In this document: positions 1 to 11,907 of the stretch, piece after piece
Layout: the number at the start of each line of letters is the position of its first letter
Numbering within the stretch: the first letter of the stretch is position 1
NCBI GenBank assembly: GCA_964016885.1
Contig: OZ024764.1
Span: 26,536,001-26,600,000 of the forward strand
Origin: Eledone cirrhosa
Lineage: Eukaryota
Length of the DNA stretch: 64,000 bases
Direction of reading: 5' to 3'
The notes under the pieces: generated by a model
The model's input: only the letters and a program-made list of their open reading frames with translations
Told to the model about the DNA's origin: nothing
The model's database searches: none
Program-made: the position numbers and the translations under genes

Positions 1-95
1 CATCTCTGCCCCTGTGGCTAATAAATCTGTCATGTAATGTTATGGACATCTCTGCCCCTGTGGCTAATAATTCTGACATGTAATGTTATGGACAT
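1..95 (+). repeat. Tail of 46-bp minisatellite array (end of the same insert seen at 56107-58735)
   Basis: Two units of CATCTCTGCCCCTGTGGCTAATAA(A/T)TCTG(T/A)CATGTAATGTTATGGA, then the same junction as 58716-58745. Confidence 0.9.
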
Positions 96-115
96 TGCTA
101 TCTTGTTTCATCTCA

Positions 116-1711
116 AACAGCAAAGTGCAGGAAGAGAAAATTGTCGTGTACAGAACTGTGAATTAAGATTTAGAAGAGGATCAGATATGAGCTGCTCTAA
201 TTTACCAACTAGTAATGATAGCTGTTGTTTTGTGGGGGATTGAGGGCACACCACCTGTACAAAGAGATATTATCATCTTTCCTAAAGACCATCCTCCTCA
301 GAAAATACCACATAATTCATGCCACTTGGACCTCATGACCGACCCATAATGGTGAATTTTGGTGGCATAGTGCCATGGAGAGGAATGCAGGACCTGTGTT
401 TGCAATAGACTGACAATGCAGGAGTATTACATATACTGTATAGCATATAGAGGAGGATTTAGTGCGATATATAGGGCAGGTAAATTATTTTAGCAGTATT
501 TAGTGGATGCCTATATGAAAGTAGAGGGATGCAGGCTTCAATATTTGAGGAACAATCAAGCCCAATTGTGAGTGGATGAGTATAATGGTTTAATGAATTA
601 TCTAAACAGATGATAACACTGAGCCTTAAAAAATGAAGACAAGATAAGAAACAGAGAAGACATTGACAGAATCGTGTCAGCAGAAATACCTGCATTGGAA
701 GATGATCCAGTACTACATGAGCAGGTTTAAAAGTTTATGATCCACAGGCCATGTGGTTCTGGAAACTCTTTTCCCCCATTTATACAAAATGGATTTTTCC
801 AAAAGAACTATCCAAAAACCTACAGAAGGGAAACATTATTGAACCTAAATGGATACCCAGAGTACAGGAGGTGCAAGACAGGAACTGCAGTGTAAATTGG
901 ATGACATTCAGTAGATAACAGGAATGTTGTGCCATTTAATGCCTTTTTGATTAAGAAATATTGTGCACATATTAATGTTGAAGTTTGCGCTTCTGTAAAA
1001 AGTGTCAAGTACCTCTTTAAATATGTTACATGGGGCATGATTGTACATCTATAGAAGTAACAAATAATGCATTACCTAATGAGGCTCAGAACCAACACAA
1101 CCATGATGAAATAAGAACCTATCTTTGTTGCAGGTATGTGTCTCAGACAGAAGCAGTGTCGTGTCTCTCGGAATTTAAGCTTCATGGTACATCACATACA
1201 GTATACAGCCTAGCCACACACCCGGAGAACAAACAGAGTTCACTTTCAAAGAGGTAATGCTCAGGTTGTGGTAGAAATGCAGGGACCCTTGCTGCCTGGT
1301 TCAAGCTAAATGAACTTGCTTACACCTTCTGGGATGCCGCCTCACAAACTCCAATTATAAGCAGGATCAATAATAACGCTTCTATGGAATATTTCAATCC
1401 AGAACAGATTATGTAATGGCACAAGATTAGAAGTAGTAGAACTGCATAAACATTTTATCAAAGCTTCTCATATCTATGGTCCTTTGATGGGCAGGTGTGT
1501 TTTGATCCCAAGACTGAAGTTATCCCCCAGTGGTGCCAACATCCCTTTTACTTTGGAAAGACCCCAGTTTCCATTAAGACTGTCATATGCCATGACAATC
1601 AACAAGAACCATGGTCAAATACATGATAAAGTGGGTCTGTTCCTCCCTGAGCAAGTATTTAACCCTGGACAATTGTATGTTGCTTTTTCAAGAGTTCACA
1701 GACAGGTGTAA
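116..1711 (+). pseudogene. Helitron Rep/PIF1-helicase pseudogene, 3' part (copy 1)
   Basis: Frameshifted fragments EDIDRIVSAEIP, YPEYRR, VDNRNVVPFN..HINVEVCASVKSVKYLFKYV, DEIRTYLCCRYVS and CNGTRL..QFPLRLSYAMTINK..GQLYVAFSRV; many stops. Confidence 0.9.
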
Positions 1712-1905
1712 AAATTAATCCTACCAAACCCCCACCACTCCTACAACTGCTAGCTGTTAGCCCACCCCCAGCACCACCCAACCTCCGTTCTAGTCCCACC
1801 GTTAGAACCAATGCTGCTTACCCTGCCTCTTTTACTAGTTCACTCCGTCGCTCGAATTTCAAAGCTGGCCCTCTACACTTGGTCGTTGCCAGCTCACCAC
1901 CTGGT

Positions 1906-2046
1906 TGTGCTCTCTGTGTCCGCACTAGCCTGTACCTAAACACAATAAAATGTCACCTGTGCTACCAAAACTACCACAGGAACTGTGTCGGCATCAGCAA
2001 GGCTCAAGCCGAAAGGCTTCAATACTAGACCTGTAATCAGGGCCAC
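1906..2046 (+). pseudogene. PHD-finger (C4HC3) relic; paralogs at ~38430-38570, 47846-47986, 60529-60669
   Basis: Manual translation CALCVRTSLYLNTIKCHLCYQNYHRNCVGISKAQAERLQY*TCNQGH; the stop is at the conserved Trp and the last Cys reads Gly. Confidence 0.7.
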
Positions 2047-2283
2047 TTTACATCCGACGACCAGCTTTCTACCGAGTGTGTGTTGATGGAGGGGACATGA
2101 GACCAGCAAAGTCCTAGGAGTAGAGACTAGTAAATAATAAACGGTCCTAGCTATGTTAAGAATATATATAAGAAAAATGTTCTATACATTTAAGAAGACA
2201 AGAGAAATAAATATTTACCTCTTTCATGTAGGTAATATAGCGGTGTTATAAAAGTATAATAACTGATGCAGGTAGTTTGTTTC

Positions 2284-2556
2284 AAACTATAACACATATA
2301 ACTCTATCAGTGAAGCCCTTTAGTATAGGTCAACTGGGAAACTATAACACATATAACCCTATCAGTGAAGTCCTTTAGTATAGGTCAACTGGGAAACTAT
2401 AACACATATAACCCTATCAGTGAAGTCCTTTAGTATAGGTCACCTGGGAAACTATAACACATATAACCCTATCAGTGAAGTCCTTTAGTATAGGTCAACT
2501 GGGAAACTATAACACATATAACCCTATCAGTGAAGTCCTTTAGTATAGGTCAACTA
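2284..2556 (+). repeat. 55-bp tandem repeat, 5 units
   Basis: ACTATAACACATATAACCCTATCAGTGAAGTCCTTTAGTATAGGTCAACTGGGAA at 2286, 2341, 2396, 2451, 2506. Confidence 0.95.
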
Positions 2557-2607
2557 ACAGAAGTATTACGGGTATGGAAAAAATTCTAAATAATCCTACA
2601 ACAGTCA

Positions 2608-2675
2608 TTGCGGGCCACTCTGACTGGTCAGGTGGGCTCGATTGTGGCCCGCGGGCCGCCTGTTGCACGCCCCTC
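2608..2675. mobile_element. Right end of a hAT (Charlie/Buster-type) non-autonomous element
   Basis: TGGCCCGCGGGCCGCCTGTTGCACGCCCCTC followed by CTTTAGAC, a Charlie-like target 8-mer; repeated at ~48730 and ~61255. Confidence 0.55.
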
Positions 2676-2707
2676 CTTTAGACAGAATATCTATCACTGT
2701 TAAGTAA

Positions 2708-2917
2708 TACTGTGATCTGTCGGCCAACTACATTTTCCAGCCTGTGGCGTTTGGGGGAGTCGGGATACTGACTGCGAGATTCCTATCTTCACTGGCGGCT
2801 AGCCTGACGAAGGTGACTGGTGAAGCTCGTGAGGGCACTTGGTTGTTCCAGCTCCTCAGCCTCGCCATCGCCCGAGGTAACGCTGCAGACGTGCTGGCTT
2901 GCCTAAAAAATCATTAG
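2708..2917 (+). pseudogene. CRE-like non-LTR retrotransposon, RLE C-terminal fragment A (copies 48793-49002, 61317-61526)
   Basis: YCDLSANYIFQPVAFGGVGILTARFLSSLAASLTKVTGEAREGTWLFQLLSLAIARGNAADVLACLKNH* fits the CRE C-terminal pattern F.PVA.E..G..G...R E..FL.QRLS.AI.RGNA. Confidence 0.75.
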
Positions 2918-2999
2918 AGAGGTTTCCCAGTGCTCCTCGCGATACTGTTATCTTTTGCTCTAGTAGCAGCTCGTTTGTCCACCCCTTTCGCCTGCCTTT

Positions 3000-3180
3000 G
3001 GTTGTATGTCGTCCTAGATGTGTGTATTACCTGCTTGTGTTGTATGTGGTCCTAGATGTGTGTATTACCTGCTTATGTGGTCCTAGATGTATGTATTACC
3101 TGCTGGTGTGTTGTATGTGGTCCCAGATGTGTGGATTACCTGTTTTTGTGTTGTATGTGGTCCCAAACGTGTGTGCTACC
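3000..3180 (+). repeat. Degenerate ~30-40-bp tandem repeat (copies ~49085-49260, ~61610-61790)
   Basis: Recurring GTATGTGGTCC(T/C)AGATGTGTGTATTACCTG. Confidence 0.8.
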
Positions 3181-3905
3181 CGCTTCTGTGATTTGTTTTG
3201 TTTCTTCTTTCTCTCTTCCGAGAAACAATCCTGTATTTTTTAAATCTATTCCATGCGTTAAGTAATTAGCAGCAACAACAAAGTGATTTTCAGTCGTAAA
3301 AACAATCTTTAAACCTTCACCATTTACATTAACACATACCATACGTTGTCCCAGCCACAAATAAACAGTAAAAAAAACTTACTTTGCGGTTAAATTCTTC
3401 ACAATTAAAAGAAAAATATTTCTAACACGTTTCTAGACAACACCAAGTTTACACCTTCAATATCCGGTAAAAGTAAAAACAAATTCTGGAGACATTTAAC
3501 GAAACGAAACTATGTAAAGAAAAACGAAAATTAAACGAAGACAAATAGTAAATTTTAATTTTTATTAAATAAAATACCAGTAATTCACTGCGGTAGATTT
3601 AATCAACTTTACTCTCTCTGCACGAAAGAAGAAAAAAATTCCTGACTTAGTGCTTAATATATAGAGAGGGGGAGAGTTTGGTGTTACTTCATATAGAGAG
3701 GGGTATTGGAAGAGAGTGCCGTGTAGTAGATATAGAGAGGGAGAGAGTTAGTGCTAATTGATATAAAGAGGGGGATTTGCACCCCCCCCCGCCTAGAAAA
3801 ATTCTGAAATGCTTCGACCTCCCTGTACATATATATATAGTATACACACACAGACATATATATATGTATATATTATATATATAGTAAATAAATGTGTGTG
3901 TGTAT

Positions 3906-3945
3906 CAGTGGTCCCCAAACTTTTCTGTTCCACACCCCTCCTCTA
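3906..3945 (+). mobile_element. hAT Charlie-like terminus
   Basis: CAGTGGTCCCCAAACTTTT; copies at ~49999 and ~62505. Confidence 0.45.
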
Positions 3946-4087
3946 AAATATGTTTATGTTCCCCTTTAATATAAAAACAATCCGAGTATTCTGAAAGTAT
4001 TATTACTGTAATATAATGTAGAAACCCTTTATTTAAACAAAGCTACGATGCAGCGATGATCAAAACAAACTTCTCGTAGGTGCAGCC

Positions 4088-4182
4088 AAGCGGGGAAAAG
4101 TGGATGTATAATGATGATGATATATATATATATGTCCCACCCTTGTAAACAGGGAAAAGCAGACGTAAAATGAAAATGATGA
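4088..4182 (+). mobile_element. Doubled RTE 3' tail without the element body
   Basis: GGGAAAAGTGGATGTATAATGATGATGA plus a second GGGAAAAGCAGACGTAAAATGAAAATGATGA, the same as the end of the RTE at ~42405-42500. Confidence 0.75.
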
Positions 4183-4562
4183 TATATATATAGATAGATA
4201 TGTATATATATATATATATATTTATACTTATACGTCATGGTGGCTACAGGTGCCAAGAGGAAGAAGCCGGTCAAATCCTCTGATATTTGTTTATCTTCCT
4301 TTCCTTTGTATATATATATATATATATATAGTATGTGTGTGTGTATGAAGATGTATGACCCCTAGCAAGCCAAACTACAGTTACTCCCCAACATGGAGAG
4401 CAAATTAAAACATTACCTGTTAGAGACGAACGTGAAATGATTTGTTAGTGAACTACCGGTGTCACGGTAATTATGTTACCGGTGTAACTATTTCTGTTTA
4501 CCTTATTTTTAAATGACACTCCTATATTAGTTTAGTGACCTTTCAATTCAAATAAATTCTTG

Positions 4563-4990
4563 ATGATGATTGAACTCGCATCGGAGTAGCCCAACACCTT
4601 GGCCTCCGCGTGTGTGAGCCACATAAATGCTCTCAACGACATAGTGAGAAGAAGCCTGGACGCAGCTGAATTTCCATCTCAACTGGAGTCAGCAGGCCTA
4701 GGCCGCGGAGATGGCAAGCACCCCGAGGGAATCACCCTCTTCCCATTCGAAGGAGGTAGATCCACAAACCCCAGCATCGCTGCCCGTCTCGCAGATGAAC
4801 ATAACATAAACAAATTCCGGTGTTTGTCCTGGAGCCTCTTCTAAGCACCAGCCGCCGCCGAGACCCCGGGCCAACTTGGACCCATTACAGCCGAGCTCCT
4901 CCGCAACATCGCAGTGTCTGTGGCACGTCTGAGGATGGAGTCCCACGAGGTTGGATGCCTGTTGCACCAGGTGTCACTGTCCTTACATAT
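4563..4990 (+). pseudogene. CRE-like RLE fragment B (copies ~43694-44120, ~50633-51060, ~63151-63578)
   Basis: RIGVAQ(H/R)LGLRVCEPH; HINALNDIVRRSLDAAEFPSQLE(S/P)AGLGRGDGKHPEGITLFPFEGGR (the GKRPDG PD-(D/E)xK region); and APAA(A/V)ETPGQLGPITAELLRNIA..EVGCLL(H/Q)QVSLSLH. Confidence 0.8.
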
Positions 4991-5098
4991 ATACGTAAAT
5001 GTTCCCTTGACTGCTATTTCTAGCATATATTAATAGACACTTTAGAAACAGCAGCTAAAAATCAAGAAACAACAGTGTGTGTCTGTATATATATACAC

Positions 5099-5100
<2 letters not shown>

Positions 5101-5183
<83 letters not shown>

Positions 5184-5262
5184 AGCCAAAGACACGCACA
5201 CACGCACATACACATACACACAGGTGTATGTCTGCGTGTATGTATATATATGTGTGTGTCTT

Positions 5263-5341
<79 letters not shown>
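5101..5341. repeat. (GA)n, (CT)n and (TA)n microsatellite cluster (copies ~44230, ~51170, ~63690)
   Basis: Directly visible dinucleotide runs whose lengths vary between copies. Confidence 0.95.
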
Positions 5342-5346
<5 letters not shown>

Positions 5347-5479
5347 GTCAGTGATCCCCCTCGCAACCTTTAATTAAACAAACCTGCGATGAGGCGATGA
5401 TCAAAATAAACACCAAAGTATAAACAAACAGCCCATAGGTGCTGCCGGATACACGATAACATGTGTAGACGAAGTAAAA

Positions 5480-6735
5480 CTTTTATTACTGTAATATAAA
5501 GTAGAAACCCTTTATTTAAACAAAGCTGCGATGCAGCGATGATCAAAACAAACTTCAAATAACATGTGTATACGAAGTGTATCTCGAAGCTTGGTCGTAT
5601 TATATGACTTTCAAATTGACCCCTATTATATTCAAATTATCCCCTGTGGGGCGTGCACCCCACGTTGAGAATCCCTCATAAATAAATATATGTGAGTGTG
5701 TTGCTATGACTGCTATTTCTAGCAGGTTTACTGCAGTCCTGTAGACGCACAACAAAAACCGGAAGTGGCAGCCATTAAAAAACTTTGGCTTATAATCAGG
5801 CAAAAGTTTTTTAACAATTTGCCAAGAAAGATAACTCTTGTCTTACTTAATCGCAAAAATCGAGGCAAAAATTTTGCGGGTGTGCAGTTTGTTTGGTGTA
5901 TTTGACTGCTATTTCTAGCATGTATGGACACTTTAGAAATAGCAGCGAAAAACGGAAAACAGCAGAAAGAAGGACACACACCTATATATATATATATATA
6001 TACCAGCTATACACTCACCCATACATATATATATATACCAGCTATACACACACCCATATCTACGTATAGGTGTGTGTGCGCGCGTGTATGTATATATAAA
6101 TATATATATTTAAATGTATATATCTGTGCATATATATATGTATATATATATACGTGTGTGTCCTTCTTTCTTATGTTTCCCGTGTTTCGCTGCTATTTCT
6201 AAAGTGTCCATATATGCTAGAAATAGCAGTCAAATACACCAAACAAACTGCACACCCGCAAAATTTTTTGCCTCGATTTTTGCGATTAAGTAAGACAAGA
6301 GTTATCTTTATTGGCAAATTGTTAAAAAACTTTTGCCTGATTTTAAGCCAAAGTTTTTTAATGGCTGCCACTTCCGGTTTTTGTTGTGCGTCTAGAGGAC
6401 TGCAGTAAACCTGCTAGAAATAGCAGTCATAGCAACACACTCACATATATTTATTTATGAGGGATTCTCAACGTGGGGTGCACGCCCCACAGGGGATAAT
6501 TTGAATATAATAGGGGTCAATTTGAAAGTCATATAATACGACCCAACTCCCTGTTACACTTCGTATACACATGTTATCGTGTATCTGCCAGCACCTGCGA
6601 GAAGTTTGTTTACATTTTGGGGTTTGCTTTGATGATCGCTGCATCTCAGCTTTGTTTAAATAAAGGGTTTCTACTTTATATTACAGTAATAACACTTTTA
6701 CAAGACTCGGATTGTTTTTATATTAAAGGGGGACA
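5480..6735. mobile_element. Long inverted-repeat (foldback/MITE-like) element with ~360-470-bp arms around a (TA)/(CA) spacer
   Basis: 5593-5949 is the reverse complement of 6185-6542; weaker homology continues outward. Confidence 0.8.
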
Positions 6736-7374
6736 TGTTTTTTAAACTCTGAACTCAGCATCTTTCTGTTGTTCTCCGGGATTCTAGCAAAGTATAAAAA
6801 AATATATATATATATATAGATATATATATATATCTGGCAGTCAACCTCAGACTCGAAAAAGCCGCCGCTAATCGTGATCGTTGGGGTTATAATTAGACTA
6901 AAGTGCTTCCACTGAGCACCATTAGCTGGTTGTGATCATTGGAGAATTCTTTCTGCGCTGAAAGAGCCTAGGACTAAAAGATATATATATAGATGTCGAA
7001 ACGGCAGTAGCACAGCCGTTGGGGTCCTGAATATTTTCACATCTATATATGTGTGTGTATTCTGCGACATTTATAATTACATAAGCAAGCATATTTGAAT
7101 AACAAAATTTGAGGTTTAAATACTTTATTTTTTACCAATAACATAGAGAAAGGCATGAACAACACCACATGTTAATTACTTTAATATTGAAAGTAGGCTT
7201 ATAAATATTAAAAAAGCAGATTTTTTAATCTTTCATGGTGGTCTGGTGGGTGATACCAGAGATGGTGGTAGTCCTGGTTTCGGTTTCAATCCCGGTCATG
7301 GGTTACATATAAGGTCTCATTTTATTTTTCTTTCTTTCAATTTTCTTCTTATCTCTAGATATAAATATATATAC

Positions 7375-7485
7375 ATAAGGTAATTTTGTAGAATTGTTAG
7401 AACATCAGATAGAATTCTTTGCAGTATTTTTCCAGTACTTTACTCTGAGTACAACTTTACCTTTCTTCCATTCGGTGTCGATAAG
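7375..7485 (+). mobile_element. Degenerate tRNA-SINE fragment (copies ~10165, ~53810)
   Basis: GTAGAATTGTTAGAACATCAGA...CTTTACCTTTCTTCCATTCGGTGTCGATAA resembles the reverse complement of the SINE at 45782. Confidence 0.5.
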
Positions 7486-7602
7486 TCTTGAATATGTCTA
7501 ACGTAGCAATAACTGGAGCTACTTAACCAAGTTTTCCCAACCTAGTCGATGTCACCTACTGGTTGGCGATTTAAACTGTTGGCTGGGACAATGACCAACT
7601 AA

Positions 7603-7850
7603 TCAGTCAGATTCGAACTCACTATGTCTGGCATATATTTTATATTTTATATTTGAATGAAGTTCTGTAAGTAACCTGGTGGCTTAGATGGCAATACTGC
7701 TCGAATAGATGGCTTCTATTATGAAGTTATAAGTTCATTCCCTATCCAGGATTGTAGAATTAATTTTATTTAGTTATTATTTAATCAATTGTTTTAACAA
7801 ACAAATTATATCTATAAAACGCCAAATATAGTGAGTTCAAATCTGACTGA
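7603..7850. mobile_element. ~250-bp MITE with ~30-bp TIRs (copies ~10391-10638, ~54037-54285)
   Basis: TCAGTCAGATTCGAACTCACTATGTCTGGC ... GCCAAATATAGTGAGTTCAAATCTGACTGA; no clear TSD. Confidence 0.7.
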
Positions 7851-8183
7851 CATGCATGGTATGTATTTATGTTTCATTATACAACGACACAATACACAGG
7901 AACTTATAAAGATATGTATATATTGTCCAGGAGTTTCGAGTTTAGTGGGAATTGGTACAACTCTCAATTGGAGCTAGTCCCTGCAAGATCAGCATAAATA
8001 ATGTTATTACCTTTTCATGAAATCTTGCACACCCGATATTTTATACATGATTATTTAAAGGTGAACAAAAACCAAAGAACATTGTGCAGCATTTCTCAAC
8101 CTTTCTACCCATGTCGATCTCTTGAAATAGTTTTTATGTCTCAGGGAAGTCCTGCATAAAATATACTTTTTCTATCTCTAGAG

Positions 8184-8240
8184 CAGTGGTTCCCAAATCG
8201 TGTGCTGCGAGATGAAACAAGATGAGCTGCAAAAGACTAA
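8184..8240 (+). mobile_element. hAT Charlie/Buster-like left end (copies 10971, 35264, ~54616)
   Basis: CTCTAGAG target-like 8-mer immediately before CAGTGGTTCCCAAA. Confidence 0.6.
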
Positions 8241-8300
8241 GATTAAGTTTTATGATGTGAAAAATATAAAACTGAAATTTCATATAAAAGTTCAAATATA

Positions 8301-8530
8301 GCTACAGCCACAAACCTAGGCTCCACACCCCGCAATGCAGAGGATAGTAAGATAGTACCAAGGCCTGACTCACCTCTTCCACTCCATTGAGACCTCTGCC
8401 ATACTTGGTCCCTGTACTGCTGATTTCCTTCATAAAGTCGGGAGGAAAGATGACAGGAGCCTCATGAGGAGGGGCGACTATTGTAGCAGGTGTCTCTGGC
8501 CTTGCTCCGAGGTAACGCTTTTACGTTTCT
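8301..8530 (+). pseudogene. CRE-like RLE fragment C (copies ~11088-11315, ~35381-35610, ~54733-54960)
   Basis: ATATNLGSTPRNAEDSK / YQGLTHLFHSIETSAILGPCTADFLHKVGRK / EPHEEGRLL*QVSLALLRGNAFT across frameshifts. Confidence 0.7.
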
Positions 8531-8771
8531 TCCACAGGTTGCGGCTGAGGGACCACTTAGACTGGGGTGAAGTGTCTGTCCCTCCCCCGACTTCTTACTT
8601 CTTTTTTTTTTTCCTTTTCATTTTCTTTTCTCTTCTTGCTTATCTCTGCTATACCACGGCATCAAAAAGATATATGATATATGTATGTATGGTATAGGTG
8701 TATTTATATCTAGGATAGTTATCAAAGGTAAATAGACTGGTTGGAGCAATAACAGTCTTGTTTATGTATAT

Positions 8772-8820
<49 letters not shown>

Positions 8821-8921
8821 TGTTCTTGTATTTCCATAGAAAAGGTAAAGAAAAGAAGAATGCTCTATGTATTGTACAGAGCTATTTAATTACATAATAA
8901 ACAACAGAATATAATTATTCC

Positions 8922-9174
8922 ATGCAAATAGACTTAAATTGGAAAACATTCAGACAGAGAAGAATGGATAATGAGCGTCGTAAGAGAAATTGGCCAACAA
9001 TTAATATTAATGGAAATGTAGAAGGATTTCATATTAGTGATTTGAATCTTTCGTGTGATCACTGTGGAGCTTTGAAATTTAGAAATGAAAATTGTAACTG
9101 TTGTAAAAAAGGAAAGGTTGTGTTGCCACCATTGCAAATATACCCTGAGAGACTGAGAAATCTCTTTGAAAGAG
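8922..9174 (+). pseudogene. Helitron N-terminal stub, cut off at a snap-back hairpin
   Basis: CDHCGALKFRNENCNCCKKGKVVLPPL, the Cys-rich Helitron N-terminal motif. Confidence 0.85.
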
Positions 9175-9193
9175 ATTTCTCAGTCTCTCAGGG

Positions 9194-10084
9194 TATATAT
9201 TCCCGCCGGTGAAATAAAAATTTTAATAGAAAAACGGCGGGAATATATCTTACAACCCAACCTACATATTTTTGGGTTGTAACATATATTCCCGCCGTTG
9301 AAATAAATATTTTAATAGAAAAACGGCGGGAATATATGTTACAACCCAATCTATATATATTTGAGTTGTAACATATATTCCCGCCGTTGAAATAAAAATT
9401 TTAATAGAAAAACGGCGGGAATATATGTTACAACCCAATCTATATATATTTGGGTTGTAACATATTCCCGCCGTTGAAATAAAAATTTTAATAGAAAAAC
9501 GGCGGGAATATATGTTACAACCCAATCTATATATATTTGGATTGTAACATATATTCCCGCCGTTGAAATAAAAATTTTAATAGAAAAACGGCGGGAATAT
9601 ATGATGCAACCCAATCTACATATATTTGGGTTGTAACATATATTCCCGCCGTCGAAATAAAAATTTTAATAGAAAAACGGCGGGAATATATGTTACAACC
9701 CAATCTACATATATTTGGGTTGTAACATATATTCCCGGCGTTGAAATAAAAATTTTAATAGAAAAACGGCGGGAATATATGTTACAACCCAAACATATAT
9801 AGATTGGGTTGTAACATATATTCCCGCCGGTTTTCTATTAAAATTTTTATTTCAACGGCGGGAATATATGTTACAACCCAAATATATATAGATTGGGTTG
9901 TAACATATATTCCCGCCGGTTTTCTATTAAAATTTTTATTTCAACGGCGGGAATATATGTTACAACCCAAATATATCTAGATTGGATTGTAACATATATT
10001 CCCGCCGTTTTTCTATTAAAATTTTTATTTCAACGGCGGGAATATATGTTACAACTCAAATATATATATATTGAGTTGTAACAT
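9194..10084. repeat. 89-bp palindromic tandem array: 7 forward units and 3 inverted units
   Basis: Unit = X (TTGGGTTGTAACATATATTCCCGCCGTT) + 22-bp loop + reverse complement of X + 11-bp loop; CCCG motif at 9202, 9291, 9380, 9467, 9556, 9645, 9734, 9823, 9912, 10001. Confidence 0.95.
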
Positions 10085-11907
10085 GGGTTACATATAAGGT
10101 CTCATTTTTTTTCTTTTCTTTCTTTCAGTTTTCTTCTTATCTCTAGATATAAATATATATACATAAGGTAACTTGGTAGAATTGTTAGAACATCAGATAG
10201 AATTCTTTGCAGTATTTTTCCTGTTGTTTACTCTGAGTTCAACTTAACCTTTCTTCCATTCGGTGTCGATAAGTCTTGAATATGTCTAACGTAGCAATAA
10301 CTGGAGCTACTTAACCAAGTTTTCCCAACCTAGTCGATGTCACCTACTGGTTGGCGATTTAAACTGTTGGCTGGGACAATGACCAGCTAATCAGTCAGAT
10401 TCGAACTCACTATGTCTGGCATATATTTTATATTTTATATTTGAATGAAGTTCTGTAAGTAACCTGGTGGCTTAGATGGCAATACTGCTCGAATAGATGG
10501 CTTCTATTATGAAGTTATAAGTTCATTCCCTATCCAGGATTGTAGAATTAATTTTATTTAGTTATTATTTAATCAATTGTTTTAACAAACAAATTATGTC
10601 TATAAAACGCCAAATATAGTGAGTTCAAATCTGACTGACATGCATGGTATATATTTATGTTTCATTATACAGCGACACAATACACAGGAACTTATAAAGA
10701 TATGTATATATTGTCCAGGAGTTTCGAGTTTAGTGGGAATTGGTACAACTCTCAATTGGAGCTAGTCCCTGCAAGACCAGCATAAATAATGTTATACCTT
10801 TTCATGAAATCTTGCACACCCGATATTTTATACATGATTATTTAAAGGTGAACAAAAACCAAAGAACATTGTGCAGCATTTCTCAACCTTTCTACCCATG
10901 TCGATCTCTTGAAATAGTTTTTATGTCTCAGGGAAGCCCTGCATAAAATATACTTTTTCTATCTCTAGAGCAGTGGTTCCCAAATCGTGTGCTGCGAGAT
11001 GAAACAAGACGAGCTGCAAAAGACTAAGATTAAGTTTTATGATGTGAAAAATATAAAACTGAAATTTCATATAAAAGTTCAAATATAGCTACAGCCACAA
11101 ACCTAGGCTCCACACCCCGCAATGCAGAGGATAGTAAGATAGTACCAAGGCCTGACTCACCTCTTCCACTCCATTGAGACCTCTGCCATACTTGGTCCCT
11201 GTGCTGCTGATTTCCTTCATAAAGTCGGGAGGAAAGATGACAGGAGCCTCATGAGGAGGGGCGACTATTGTAGCAGGTGTCTCTGGCCTTGCTCCGAGGT
11301 AACGCTTTTACGTTTCTTCCACAGGTTGCGGCTGAGGGACCACTTAGACTGGGGTGAAGTGTCTGTCCCTCCCCCGACTTCTTACTTCTTTTTTTTTCTC
11401 CTTTTCATTTTCTTTTCTCTTCTTGCTTATCTCTGCTATACCACGGCATCAAAAACATATATGATATATGTATGTATAGTATAGGTGTATTTATATTTAG
11501 GATAGTTATCAAAGGTAAATAGACTGGTTGGAGCAATAACAGTCTTGTTTATGTATATACATATATATATATATTTACATGTTTGTTCTTGTATTTCCAT
11601 AGAAAAGGTAAAGAAAAGAAGAGCGCTCTATGTATTGTACAGAGCTATTTAATTACATAATAAACAACAGAATGGAAAACATTCAGACAGAGAAGAATGG
11701 ATAATGAGCGTTGTAAGAGAAATTGGCCAACAATTAATATTAATGGAAATGTAGAAGAATTTCATATTAGTGATATGAATGTTTCGTGTGATCACTGTGG
11801 AGCTTTGAAATTTAGAAATGAAAATTGTAACTGTTGTAATAAAGGAAAGGTTGTGTTGCCACCATTGCAAATATACCCTGAGAGACTGAGAAATCTCTTT
11901 GAAAGAG
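10082..11907 (+). repeat. Direct duplication of 7297-9174
   Basis: Near-identical sequence restarts at CATGGGTTACATATAAGG. Confidence 0.95.

Noticed and set aside
5075-5377. ERER/SLSL/YIYI ORFs
   Set aside because: Translations of microsatellites
6843-6980. Possible LINE C-terminal remnants (LEKAAANRDRW; AGCDHWRIL)
   Set aside because: Too short to support without a database search
7000-7031. AACGGC..GCCGTT hairpin followed by CTGA as a Helitron 3' end
   Set aside because: Only a 6-bp stem, not followed by T, and no matching 5' TC boundary or empty site
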